The notes under the pieces were generated by a model, which saw nothing but the letters and a program-made list of their open reading frames with translations, did no database searches and had not been told where the DNA came from. A stretch of 64,000 bases of DNA from Mobula hypostoma. Taxonomy: Eukaryota. The position numbers and the translations under genes were made by a program. Positions 26,301 to 38,347 of the stretch are shown piece after piece. Location: NCBI RefSeq assembly GCF_963921235.1, contig NC_086108.1, positions 84,508,001 to 84,572,000 on the forward strand. Direction: 5' to 3'. The first letter of the stretch is position 1. The number at the start of each line of letters is the position of its first letter.

Positions 26301-28330
26301 GCTCCACGAGGTGAGGGAAGAGATTGCTGAGCCTCTGGCTAGGATCTTTATGCCCTCGTCATCCACGGGAACGGTACCGGAGGATTGGAGGGAGGCGAAT
26401 GTTGTCCCCTTGTTCAGAAAAGGTAGTAGGGATAGTCCGGGTAATTATAGACCAGTGAGCCTTGCGTCTATGGTGGGAAAGCTGTTGGAAAAGATTCTTA
26501 GAGATAGGATCTATGGGCATTTAGAAAATCATGGTCTGATCAGGGACAGTCAGCATGGCTTTGTGAAGGGTAGATCATGTCTAACAAGACTGATAGAGTT
26601 CTTTGAGGAGGTGACCAGGCATATAGATGAGGGTAGTGCAGTGGATGTGATCTACATGGATTTTAGTAAGGCATTTGACAGGGTTCCACATGGTAGGTTT
26701 ATTCAGGAAGTCAGAGGCATGGGATCCAGGGAAGTTTGGCCAGGTGGATTCAGAATTGGCTTGCCTGCAGAAGGCAGAGGGTGATGGTGGAGGGAGTACA
26801 TTCAGATTGGAGGATTGTGACTAGTGGTGTACCACAAGGATCTGTTCTGGGACCTCTACTTTTCGTGATTTTTATTAACGACCTGGATGTGGGGGTAGAA
26901 AGGTAGGTTGGCAAGTTTGCAGATGACACAAAGGTTGGTGGTGTTGTGGATAGTGTAGAGGATTGTCGAAGATTGCAGAGACATTGATAGGATGCAGAAG
27001 TGGGCTGAGAAGAGGCAGATAGAGTTAAACCCGGAGAAGTGTGAGGTGGTACACTTTGGAAGGACAAAACTCCAAGGCAGAGTACAAAGTAAATGGCAGG
27101 ATACCTGGCATTGTGGAGGAGCAGAGGGATCTTGGGGTACATGTGCACAGATCCCTGAAAGTTGCCTCACGGGTATAGAGGGTAGTTAAGAAAACTTATG
27201 GGGTGTTAGCTTTCATAAGTTGAGGGATAGAGTTTAAGAGTCACAAGGTAATGATGCAGCTCTATAAAACTCTGGTTAGACCACACTTGGGAGTACTGTG
27301 TCCAGTTCTGGTCACCTCACTATAGGAAGGATGTGGAAGCATTGGAAAGGGTACAGAGGAGATTTACCAGCATGCTGCCTAGTTTAGAGAGTATGCATTA
27401 TGATCAGAGATTAAGGGAGCTAGTGCTTTACTCTTTGGAGAGGAGGAGGATGAGAGGAGACATGATAGAGATATACAAGATATTAAGAGGAATAGATAGA
27501 GTGGCCATCCAGTGCCTCTTCCCCAGGACACCACTGCTCAATACAAGAGGACATAGCTTTAAGGTAAGGGGTGGGAAGTTCAATGGGGATATTAGAGGAA
27601 GGTTTTTTTTACTCAGAGAGTGATTGGTGCGTGGAATGCACTGCCTGAGTCAGTGGTGGAGGCAGATACACTAGTGAAGTTTAGGAGACTACTAGACAGG
27701 TATATGGAGGAATTTAAGGTGGGGCTTATATGGGAGGCAGGGTTTAAGGGTTGGCACAACATTGTGGGCCGAAGGGCCTGTACTGTGCTGTACTATTCTA
27801 TGTTCTATGTACTTTTGCTGTGATCTTTGCAGGATGCCCACTTTTAGGGAGAGTAGCAACAGTACTGAGTTTCCTCCATTTATAGACAATTTCTCTTATG
27901 GATACTCACATCCTTTTCCAGCTTGATGCATCTCTACAATTCTTCTAAGATCATCTGAAAGCTGTTTTGACCGAGGCATGGTGCACATAAACAGATCATT
28001 CTTGGGTAGAGGAGGCTCTGTCAGTAACCTCTGTCAGGCCCCTCTACAGCCCACACCTCCAATCTCAATTCATTGATTGGAACAGCTGACTCCAAATAGT
28101 TTTTATAAAAGGCAGTACCACAAAGGTTCACATACTTATTCCAACAAATACATGTAATATTGCATAATTTTTCCTCAATGAACAAATGTAATGTTTTTGT
28201 GTTATTTATTTAATTTGGTTCTTTTTATCCAGTTTTAGGTTGGACTTGAAGATCTGTTCTCATTTTGGGTCATATTTATGCAGAAATAGAGAAAATTTCT
28301 ACAGGGTTCACAAACTTTCTAGCATTCCTG
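23302..28330 (-). mobile_element. Tc1/mariner DNA transposon with ~200-bp TIRs, TA TSD and a decayed transposase; split by a CR1
   Basis: Ends are ta|cacgatggtgctaaaatgtttgtgaaccctgta and tacagggttcacaaactttctagcattcctg|ta. Minus-strand ORF has ARLKFAK...FWDNVLWADETKVELF. Confidence 0.95.
24331..27810 (+). mobile_element. Near-full-length CR1 LINE with an SGNH/GDSL-esterase ORF1 and an internally deleted ORF2
   Basis: ORF1 pieces: CLSCEMW..., VVIGDSIVRG, VVIHVGTNDIG, FLDHWDLFW. ORF2: KSPGPDG, NYRPVSL, QHGFVKGRSCLT, YMDFSKAFDRVPH. Tail is (ttctatg)n. Most of the endonuclease is missing at ~25460. Confidence 0.95.
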
Positions 28331-30289
28331 TAAATAGACCTCCAAACAGTAGACAGGAAATGGCATACAAATCACGATGGAAGAAAGAAAAGGCATATAA
28401 ATAGGGCAATATTACGATAGTCACGGGGAATTTCAATATGTAGCTGGATTGGCAACATCAGGTTGGTGCTGAATCCCAAGAGAGGGAATTTGTAGAATGC
28501 CTACAAGACACCTCTTTAAAGCAGCTTGTAGTTGAGCCCACTCAGGGAAAGGCAATTCTGGATTGTGTTGTGTAATGAATCATATTTAATTCAAGAGCTT
28601 AAAGTAAAGGAATCCTTTGGAGGCAGTGATCATATGATAGAATTCACCCTGTAGTTTAAGGAAAAACTAAAGTCAGGTACATCAGTAGTACAATGGAGTA
28701 AAGGGAATTACAGAGGCATGAGAGAGGAGCTGGCAAAGTTGATTGGAAGGGAACACTAGCAAGGATGACGGCAGAAAAGCAATGGCTGGAGTTTCTTGGA
28801 GCAATTTGGAGGACACAGGATCGATACATCCCAAACAAGAAGTAGTCTTCTAAAGGGAGGATGACACCACTGTGGCTGACCAGAAAAGTCAAAGACAGCA
28901 TAAAAGCAAAGCAGGAAGCATATAATATAGCAAAAATTACTGGGAAGTTAGAGGATTGAGAAGGTTTTACAAAACAATAAAAGGCAGGTAAGAAGTCATG
29001 AGTGAAAAGATGAAATATGAAGATAAACTAGCCAATAATATAAAATAGGACAAAAAAGGCTTTTTCAGACCGAGTGAAAGGGAGGAAAGGGTGGATATTG
29101 GACTGGTGGAGATGTAGTGAGGGGGGAAAATGGCAGGTAAACTTACTAAGTATTTTATGTCCATCTTCACTGTGGAAGACACTAGCAAAAAACACCACAA
29201 ATTCGAGAGTATCAGGGGGTAGGAATGAGTATAGCTGCTATTACTAAGGAAAATGTGCTCGGGAAGTTAAAAGGTCTGAAGTTTGTAAGTCACCTGGACC
29301 TGATGGTCTGCATCCCAGTGTTCTGAAGGAGGTAGCTGAAGAGATTGTGGAGACATTAGTAGTCACCTTTCTAGATTGGTTCCAGAGAACTGGAAAACTG
29401 CAAATGTCACCCCAAACTTTGAGAAGGGAGGGAGGTGGAATAAAAGAAATTATAGGCCAGTTAGCCTGACTTCTATGGTTGAGCAGATGCTAGAGCCTAT
29501 TATTAAGGATGAGGTTTCTATGCACTTGGTGGGAGATGATAAATAGGCAAAAGTCAGCCTGGTTTCCTTGAGGGGAAATCCTGCCTGACAAATTTGTTGA
29601 ATTGTTTGAGGAAATAACAGGTAAGATAGACAAATGAGGGTGAATGGATATTATTTACTTTGATTTTCAGAAGGCCTTTGACAAGGCACCACACATGAGG
29701 CTGCTAACAGGACTGGTTGATTGGTTGACTGGCAGGAAGGAAAGAGTGAAAATAAATGGGGCCTTCCAGGTTGACTGCCAGTGACTTGCAGTGTTCCACA
29801 GGGGTTAGTTCTAGGACTGCTGCTTTTTACTTAATATTGTCAATGATTTGGATGGCAGAACTGATGGCTTTGTGGCCAATTTTGCAGATGATATTAAGAC
29901 AGGTGAAGGGACAGGTAGTGTTGAGGAAGAAGGGAAGCTGCAGAAGGACAGATGAGGATAATGGACAAAGATGGAATATCATGCAGGGGTGTATATCGTC
30001 ATGCACTTTGGTAGAAAGAATAAAGGCATAGACTAATTTCTAACTAGGAAGAAAATTCAAAAACCAGAGGTGCAAAGAGACTTGGGAGTCCTCATGCAAA
30101 ATCCCCAAAAGGTTAACTTGCAGGTTAAGTCTGTGGTAAGAAAGTCAAATGCAATATTAGTATTAATTTCAAGATGACTAGAATATAAGAATGTAATGCT
30201 AAGGCTCAGGGAGGATGGGGGGGAGGTGGTTGTACCGTAAATACACCTGTTTACAGCAATAGTGCTTTGAGTTTGAGAGCTGCAAGTTC

Positions 30290-30915
30290 CAAGGAAGCTC
30301 ACCAATGCCTTTATTTCCTCAGGAGGCTAAAGAAATTTGCTATGTCCCCATTGACTTTTACTGATATTTATTGATGCACTGCAGGAAAGTTCCAACCTGA
30401 ATGGTTAACGGCTTGATATGGGCAACAGCTCTGCAAGTCACCACAAGAAACTGCAGACACTTGCAGACACAGTTCAACACATCATGGAAAAGACCCTCTG
30501 CTCTATGGGACTCTGCATGTCTCACTGCCCCAGTAAAGCAGCCAGCATAATCAAAGACCCCACCCACCCTGAACACTGTCTCTTCTCTCCTCTCTTATCC
30601 AGATAAAAGACAAAAGCCTGAAGGGACATACCAGCAGGGTCAAGGACAGTTTCATCCCACTGCTATAAAACTATTGAATGGATCTTTAATAAAATAAGAC
30701 TCTCGACCTTAACCTTCCTTCATAATGATCTTGCACTTAATTGTATACCCACAATGGATTTTCTCTGTAGCGTTACATTTTACTTTGCATCCGTTCATTG
30801 CTTCATCTTATTCTACCTCAATGCACTGTATAATGATATGATCTGTACAAGCAACAAGCAGAGACCATCTTCCTGTGAATCTCGGTATATGTGATAATAA
30901 TAAAACAATTCCAAT
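30290..30915 (+). mobile_element. Rex1-type 3' fragment
   Basis: ORF 30418..30606 has KAASIIKDPTHPEHCLFSPL. Tail is aataaaacaattccaattcc. Confidence 0.75.
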
Positions 30916-30919
30916 TCCA

Positions 30920-31165
30920 GAGATGAGAGGCGTAAGTTCAAAGGAGGAGTGTGCAGCAGGTTGTTTTAAACCCACAGAGTGGTGGATGCCTGGAATGTAT
31001 TGCCGGGGTTTGTGGAGGCAAATGAATGTGCACTGAATGGAGGGATATGAACATTACATCGGCAGCATGGATTAGTTTAGTTAGGATTTAAATGCTAGTT
31101 CAATTAATACAGTATAACATTCTGGGCCGAAGGGCCTGTAACAATGCTGTACTGATTTGTTCTAT
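30920..31165 (+). mobile_element. CR1 3' end remnant
   Basis: Contains cacagagtggtggatgcctggaatg and the gggccgaagggcctgt terminal motif. Confidence 0.65.
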
Positions 31166-31599
31166 CCATATACTTATTGAAATGTCTTTTCAACGTCACG
31201 ATTGTACTAGCTACAACTACTTTCTCCGATATTTCACTCCCGATACACATAACCTTCTATGTGAATAAGTTTTACTTCAGGTATCTTTTAAATTTTTCCC
31301 TTCTGACGTTCAAATGGTTCAATTTAATATCAGAGAATGTGTACAGTTTACAAGCTGAAATCCCTACTCTTCACAGACATCCACAAAACAAGAACCCCCA
31401 AGGAATAAATGATAGGAACATCAGAACCCCAAAGCCCCCTCCCCCACACAAGCAGCAGACACATTGTTGCCCCCCCGTCCCCACTTGAGCCAGAAGCACC
31501 AGCCCCCAATCCCACGCCTTCTAGAATTTTGATGCCTTTCCCTGTGAGAATGACTGTGTACATTCACCCAGTCTATGCCTGCATGCCCCCCGATTTTTA

Positions 31600-32110
31600 T
31601 TTTGAAACGTACCTCTAAGATCACCTCTCAGTTTGAAAGAAAGGAAGTCATAACTGCCCAAATTTTCCCTAACAACAGGCCCTTGAGTCCTGGCAACATA
31701 CTGGTATATCTTCTTTCCAATCTTTCCAGTTTTATTACATCTTTCCTACAAAAGATGGACCAAAACATATACGATACTCTAAGTACGGCCTCATCAATGT
31801 CTTATTCAACTGCAACATAACATCCCAACTTTTATATTCAAAGCCGTGGCTGAAAAAGGCCAACATGCCAAATGCCTTCTTCTTCACCCTATCAATCTGT
31901 GACACCACTTCGATCAATGTTCCTGTAACTGCTAACTACCTTGGCTCCACACACTCCCTAGGGCCTTAGCAGTCACTGTAGGATCCTACCCTATTTTGAC
32001 TCCCCAAAGTGCAACACCTCACACTTACTTGGATTGAAAACAATTTACCAGTTCTCCAGTCATTTACCAAGCAGATCAAGATTGCCCTGTAATTTTTGAT
32101 GACTTTCTTT
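31600..32110 (-). mobile_element. Degenerate CR1 fragment
   Basis: ORF 31735..31917 has KKAFGMLAF...EYKSWDVMLQL...RPYLEY. Confidence 0.75.
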
Positions 32111-32304
32111 ACTGACTAGGATACTACCAATATTAATAAAATGTTAATAGGAAACTTGTCAGATATGAACACCAGCGCATTTGGTCTGAAAAGCTTACAT
32201 ATTTGCTACATTTTTTTCTCTCTGTGGAAAATTCTACGTATACTTCCGAGCATATTCAGAGTTCTTAATTGTTCATTGGAAGCCCACTTAAGCATCACAT
32301 AGGG

Positions 32305-32594
32305 CAGTGGTCCCCAACCTCCGGGCTGCGAAGAATGCAGTGGTACAGCGGTAGCTGGAACACACCCAGCACATCTTTAAGAAAAAAGTTGAAATAAGCA
32401 AGGTAATTAATTAGGTGCCACCTGGCACGTAAATGTCGGCCCAGGTCAGAGGCTGCCGGGCAGCACCTAATTAATTAGCTTGCTTATTTCAACTTTTTTC
32501 TTAAAGATGTGCTGGGTGCGTTCCAGCTACCGCTGCACCGCTGCATTCTTCACGGCCCAGTATCAGTCCACAGCCTGGAGGTTGGGGACCACTG
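32305..32594. mobile_element. hAT (Charlie-type) MITE, almost fully palindromic
   Basis: TIRs are cagtggtccccaacctcc / ggaggttggggaccactg, with ~95-bp inner inverted arms. 8-bp TSD acataggg / acgtaggg. Confidence 0.95.
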
Positions 32595-33329
32595 ACGTAG
32601 GGAATAAGAAAAGAAGATGAAGGATCCAATGGCCACTCTCAGAATGGAAACATAGAAAATGCTGAATAGAAAAAAAAATCAATCATTGTGCTTTTGCTGT
32701 CTTGGTGGTGAGTAAATGCATTGTAAGGGTTTCCAAACAACCTATGCTTGCCAAATTCTCTGCATCAGATTACTTGTGTGATAAATCCTGTTGGCCAGAA
32801 GAAACAACAGTATACAATTAGTGGATTTGACGAATCAAGGACAGGGGAAGCAGACAATCCAGTTGTCTTTGTTTCCCCCCATTTTGTGAACTCTGAACTC
32901 TGGGACAATCTAATCAGAACAACTAAATGTGGGCACAGGAAGCTTCAGGTAATGACCTGCTAAATCTGAGACCATTATGTAAAATGTAAGACCTACCAAA
33001 GAAGCAATCTGTAATCTCGTTAGACTCTGTCTGGGTTGCCTCATTTTACACAAGGTTGGGGTGAGCAGAACCATGAAACAATGTTGGCTGTAGCCCTGTA
33101 CAATGACCAGTAAGGTGAGCCAGGTAGGTCAGGTGACCTTGAGCCAATGGGATGGAGATCCAGGAGTTCAATTGATGAGGAACAGAATAAGAATCAGGAG
33201 CTCCAAATACGCAGGGGCAATAACTCTCCAATAACCAACCATCACGGATAAGGAGGACCCCACGGACACGGGGAGATCGGGACTTGTTCAAGGACTCCAC
33301 AACTCATGTTTTCAGTATTATTTACATAA

Positions 33330-34815
33330 GGCTCTCCATTAGTCAGGGCCCACCATGAATCTTGCATCCTAACTGTCCATGTACAGTTAATACACAGCTA
33401 GTCTGCAACCCAGTATGATATGGAGAGAAAGCTGTTGCCCCTGCAGCTGATGAATCCAAAGGAAAGGCAGGGACCAACAGTTTGGCACCTGTGGCATCGC
33501 AGGAGTTGCCAGTCAGCGTTGAACTCAATGTCGGAATACCGTAGGGACTGCAGCTCCAGATTTTCCTTCGGGGTTTAGTGCCGAAGCCTTCCCCTTGAGG
33601 CAACAGACGTTTGAGATCAGAGTCTTCTTTCTCCTAGATGAGCTGCCAGCTATGGCTGACAAGAACTATCTACCTGAAGCAACAGTTTTTAAGGTGCCAC
33701 TAACCACATTTGCCCTTTCTCCTGTTTGTAGAAACAGTTCCACCAGTCGAGAGGAAAGTGACCTGGGCTGAGCTTTGGAAAGCCAAACTACACTGCATCC
33801 AATTTCTCATCCAGGCAGTGTACGATGTGCTTCCAAGCCCATCAAACCTGCACACATGGGGCAAGGCAGAGTCATCTGCGTGCCCACTGCGTTCCAAGTG
33901 AGGAACCCTGGAGAAGATCCTCAGCGGCTGCGTAAGGGCTCTTGGTGAGGGACGGTACCGATGGAGGCATGATCAGGTCCTGAAGAACATCGCTGAAGCC
34001 ATCAGCGCAGGAGTTGAGTGTGTGAAGCAGTCCCTACCCTTCAAGCAGACCATTGCCTTTGTCAGAGCTGGGGAGCAGTCAATACCCACCAAAAGAACAT
34101 CTGCAGACATCCTGACCTCTGCAAGGGACTGGCAGCTGTTGGTGAACCTCGAATGGCAGCTGAAGTTCCCCAACCATATCGCAGCCACCACCCTGCGACC
34201 AGACATTGTCCTTGTGTCTGAGTCTACCAAGCAAGTGGTGCTGCTGGAGCTGACAGTCCCATGGGAAGACAGCTTGGAAGAGGCCTTTGAAAGGAAGCTC
34301 TCCAAGTATGCAGGACTGGTCAGCAACTCTCAGCAGGCTGGATGGAGAGTGAGGTGTCTCCTAGTGAAGGCTGGTTGTAGGGGATTTGCAGCCTGTTCTT
34401 TACCTTGAGCATTCAGCAATTTGGGCATCGAGGGAGAGCCATCCACAGTACCACCGATGCGGCAGAGAGGGCCTCAAGATGGCTGTGGCTCAAAAGAGGG
34501 GAGCCATGGAGTCATAAGTAGCTAGCCATCTGGACACAAGCTGGAGTCTAATCGGCCCCGGCTAGGTCACCTGGAGGAGGATGTATGATGCTGAAAGACC
34601 CAAAACACCCGATGATTCCAGGAACCTCACTGAAGATGTGTCCAGAGGCATCAGTAGATGTATGTACACAGCAGTAGCTAATCCACATGTGAAGGCCAGG
34701 AGCTGGACTTGGTTGTCAGAGGCTATTTGAGATGCATGCCATTGGGAGCATTAATTGGTAGTGGGAGTTTATCTCCACTGTGCCCCCTACCCTGGCAATG
34801 ACAACCTTAAGGAAC
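33330..34815 (-). mobile_element. Non-coding interspersed repeat (RTE-associated SINE-like), interrupted by the Hero element
   Basis: GC-richer non-coding blocks at 33330-33745 and 34675-34815 flank the insertion. The whole sits inside a Rex1-type 3' UTR (33290-33325 / 34820-35037). Confidence 0.45.
33745..34670 (+). mobile_element. 5'-truncated non-LTR retrotransposon with a restriction-like endonuclease (Hero/R2 group)
   Basis: Encodes FLIQAVYDVLPSPSNLHTWG...ACPL...RYRWRHDQVL and RPDIVLVS...VVLLELTVPWE...ERKLSKY: a zinc knuckle followed by RHD and a PD-(D/E)xK-type nuclease. Confidence 0.9.
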
Positions 34816-35079
34816 CTCTGTATTATTATTTATTATCATTATTATTTGTTCTGCTTTTGTACTTGCATAGTTTTGTCTCCTCTTGCACACTGATTGCTCA
34901 TCAGTCTTTGTGTGTAATTTTTCACTGATTCTACTGCATTTGTTGTATTTCTTGGTTCTGTGAATGCCTGCAAGAAAATAAATCTCCGGGTAGTATATGG
35001 TGACATATACGTACTTTGATAATAATTACTTTGAACTTATCTCCCAGTGCTGATCTGCAGAAGCAACATCAACAATTGC

Positions 35080-35412
35080 TGCAACACACACAAAAAATGC
35101 TGGTGAACGCAGCAGGCCAGGCAGCATCTCTAGGAAGAGGTACAGTCGACCTTTCGGGCTGAGACCCTTCGTCAGGACTAACTGAGAGAAGAGATAGTAA
35201 GAGATTTGAAAGTGGGGGGGCGGGATCTGAAATGATAGGAGAAGGCAGGAGGGGAGGGGTGGATCTAAGAGCTGGAAAGTTGACTGGCAAAGGGGATACC
35301 AGACTTGCAGAAGGGAGAAGATCAAGGGATGGGAAGTCTGGGGAGAGAGAGAAGGGGGGAGGGGAGCCCGGAGGGTGGAGAGCAGGCAAGGAGTTATAGT
35401 GAGAGGGAAAAC
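35080..35412 (-). mobile_element. Solo PLE terminal repeat with a hammerhead motif at 35143-35180
   Basis: Near-identical to 10900-11190. Core reads CUGACGA...GAAAG GUC, so helix III is mismatched. Confidence 0.9.
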
Positions 35413-35764
35413 ACAAGTACCTGGGATCCTCAGAAGGTCCAAATTGAGAGGCTCGAAAACTAATCCTGAAGCCAACTGGAGTAAATTGGCAGCGGAGACA
35501 CATTCCAAGGAAGGATATATGGCTGTAATGTTTCTCCTGCAAATCAGCACTAAGCAGTTTCCCTGCTCATTTTCCACTCACCAACAAATCCTTTTGGCAC
35601 AGTTTCAACTTTGGTTTGATTTTTTGTTTGGACAAGGTATAAACATTTGTTGCAGTTTGCATCTCTTTTAGAATCCTATAGACAGCAATCCACCAAATTT
35701 CTTTTCAGTAGGAGCAAACTGTTTTACATTTTCGTTCTTTGTAATTAAATCACTCCATCCTTAA

Positions 35765-36410
35765 ATTAGATTAGATTATGAGGACACTCAGTCCTCGTTT
35801 ATTGTCATTTAGAAATGCATGCATTAAGAAATGCTACAATGTTCCTCCAGATTGGTATCACAAAAAAAAACAGGACAAACCAAAGACTAACACTGACAAG
35901 ACCACATAATTGTAACATATAGCTACAGCAGTGCAAAGTAATGCCATAATTTGATAAAGAGCAGACCATGGGAACGGTAAAAATAAAAGTCTCAAAGTTC
36001 CAATCGACTCCCAATAGTCCCTGATAGCAGGTGGCAGAAGGGAGAAACTCCCTCTGCCATAAACCTCCAGGCACTGACAACTGTCGATGTAGTGGAAGCA
36101 CCCGACCATAGTCGACTCTGAGTCCGTCCGAAAACTTCGAGCCTCCGACCAGCCCTTCGACACCGAGCACCATCTCTGCTGTGTGCTTCGACCCCGTCCC
36201 AGCCACCAAGCAACAAGCAAAACTGAGGATTCGGGGCCTTCCCCTCTGGAGATTCTGGATCACACAGGAACAGCGGCAGCGAAAAAGGCATTTCAGAAGT
36301 TTCTCCAGATGTTCCTCCATTCTCTCACATCTGTCTCCATCAGATCAGAATTGTGCACGGCACCCTACTTGACAGATTACAGATATCATTCACCGGAGTG
36401 GCTCCTTTCA
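35765..36410 (-). repeat. Family X interspersed repeat, apparently complete, with a 3' stem-loop and (tctaa)n tail
   Basis: Homologous to 4660-5076 and 37140-37275. The reverse strand ends aataaac-gaggac-tgagt-gtcctc-ataatctaatctaat. Confidence 0.85.
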
Positions 36411-37029
36411 AAAGCTGTAGTGTTTGATTTGTTCTCTGATAACATGAATTGTGCAATGTATGTTTAATAATGGTACAGCACTGATTCATAAAGAGACAAA
36501 TTGCCTCATTATTTAGTCTCAATGTGGATCAGTTGATTTGCTTTCATCTCGCTAGGCATTAGCGTAATAGTTTGTTGGTTGCCAGTCAGAACCACTTGTT
36601 CACTCCCCATCCATGGAAGTGGATTATTTATCACCATTCAGAGTAGTTTACATTTCTCTATAGATAATCTGCCAGGAGTTCTTTGCTAATATCATACATC
36701 TCTATATTTGATCTTTGAAATAGCCAAGATTTTTTTCAGTAGGTGGCTGAATAAGAATCAAACATTTTATTACTGAATAAAGTTTTCTCAGCTGCCAAGA
36801 TAACAGATGCTTTTGATATCTAATTAAGCAAGCTTATATCGAAAAGTTTTCTTTCTAAACAAGAAATATTTATATTTAAACATCCATGCAGTTTGAACAT
36901 TGTTTAAATATCAAACTCTTTTCTCAGATGACTGGATCTCTAACAGCCTGTTCCTTTAAATCAAACTAAGTTCAGGACAGAAAACACTTTATTGTCCAAT
37001 TTTATTCTCATTCTTATCCCTAACCCCTA

Positions 37030-37408
37030 AAGACTACTGAACGGATCCTGACCCAGACCTGGGCCGTACCCTCCAAATATTCAGACCTGCCTCTTGGTTT
37101 TTTTGCACTACCTTACTTTCCCTTTTCTATTTTCTATTTAGATTAGATTAGATTATGAGAACACTCAGTCCTCGTTTATTGTCATTTAGAAATGCATGCA
37201 TTAAGAAATTATACAATGTTCCTCCAGAGAGATATCACAGAAAAACAGGACAAACCAAAGACTAATGCTAATGAAGACTAATTTATGATTTATAATTTAA
37301 ATTTTTAATATTTACTATCGATTTGTGTACTCCAGGGAGCGCGAATCAAATATCGCTGTGATGATTGTATGTTCTAGTATCAATTGTTTGGCAGCAATAA
37401 AGTATAAA
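37030..37408 (+). mobile_element. Rex1-type 3' UTR carrying an inverted family-X tail insertion (37140-37275)
   Basis: Matches 13198-13435 except for an inserted block that matches 35765-35890. Confidence 0.85.
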
Positions 37409-37959
37409 ATATCCCCACCCTTCCCTGGAAGTTGCGAGTCATTTAGAAATATGTTCTGTACTTGTCAACAGCTGCCTGTAGGATACCCTGCCAAATACAC
37501 TATGATCACGAGGCAGTGAGTGGTACAGCTTCAGCACTGCTCTAATATTGATGATTGCCAGTACGGGGAGAAAATCCTGAATGACCTACTTTGTGAAGTA
37601 CAGTTTGAATAATCAAATTAGAATTACAACCAATCTAATTACTTCTTTATTTTATTCTTAGGTTTAAATTTTAATGACTTGATAAATTAAGTATGATGTA
37701 GATTGTCTGACCTTCGCCTGCTCACCCACAGTGCCTTTAGTCTGTTGCTTTCTTTGGCTTTACTGAATGTAATATCAAATCTCATTTGTTGATTGCCTTA
37801 TACCTCAAACTTTAGATTTTGTTAAAAATATAGAAGAAATGCTTGGCTTCCCCCACACACACACACTCAAAGATGTACAGTTAGGTTTAGTAACAAAGGC
37901 TGTTAAACAGTAGGTATCATTGAATAACTATCAAAGAGAACTGAACCAGACTTTATTTT

Positions 37960-38242
37960 ATTTTACTGAGATATAGTGCAGAGTAGGCCCTCCTGGTCCT
38001 TCAGGCCTCACCACTCAGCAACCCTCAATTTAACCCTACCCTAATCACAGGACAATTTACAATGACCAATTAACCTAAAAACAGGTAGGTCTGTGGACTG
38101 TGGGAGGAAACCGGAGCACCTGGAGGAAACCCACGCATTCACGGAGAGAACATAAAAATTTCTTACAGGCAGCGGCAGGAATTGAACCTGGGTCGCTGGT
38201 ACTGTAAAGTGTTGTGCTAACTACTACGCTGCCATGCCGCCT
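37960..38242 (-). mobile_element. tRNA-derived SINE (V-SINE/HE1-like)
   Basis: The reverse strand starts ggcggcatggcagcgtagtagttagcacaac...caggttcaattcc. Homologous to 9465-9720. Confidence 0.85.
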
Positions 38243-38347
38243 CACAGACTTCTTCCCTTGTGGCCTTTTCCATCAGAAAATGAATAGCCCAATTGCTGCT
38301 TGCACTAACAAGTTTCATGTGTTGACAAAGACCATCACACAAATATA

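Larger units (their letters stand above)
22830..30205 (+). mobile_element. Old CR1 LINE ORF2 (22830-23301 + 28331-30205), split by a Tc1 element
   Basis: Endonuclease remnants (YDIVGIT...W, WELNIQGY, ESSWVEL) rejoin across the Tc1 to give GV.(Y)RPPNS. Further on are SPGPDG, NYRPVSLTS and DFQKAFDK remnants. Confidence 0.9.

Noticed and set aside
33700..34730. Twister-like ribozyme in the repeat interrupted by the Hero element (CUCCU/AGGAG pairing)
   Set aside because: The conserved AAGCCC-type core is absent at the junction, so this copy cannot support the call.
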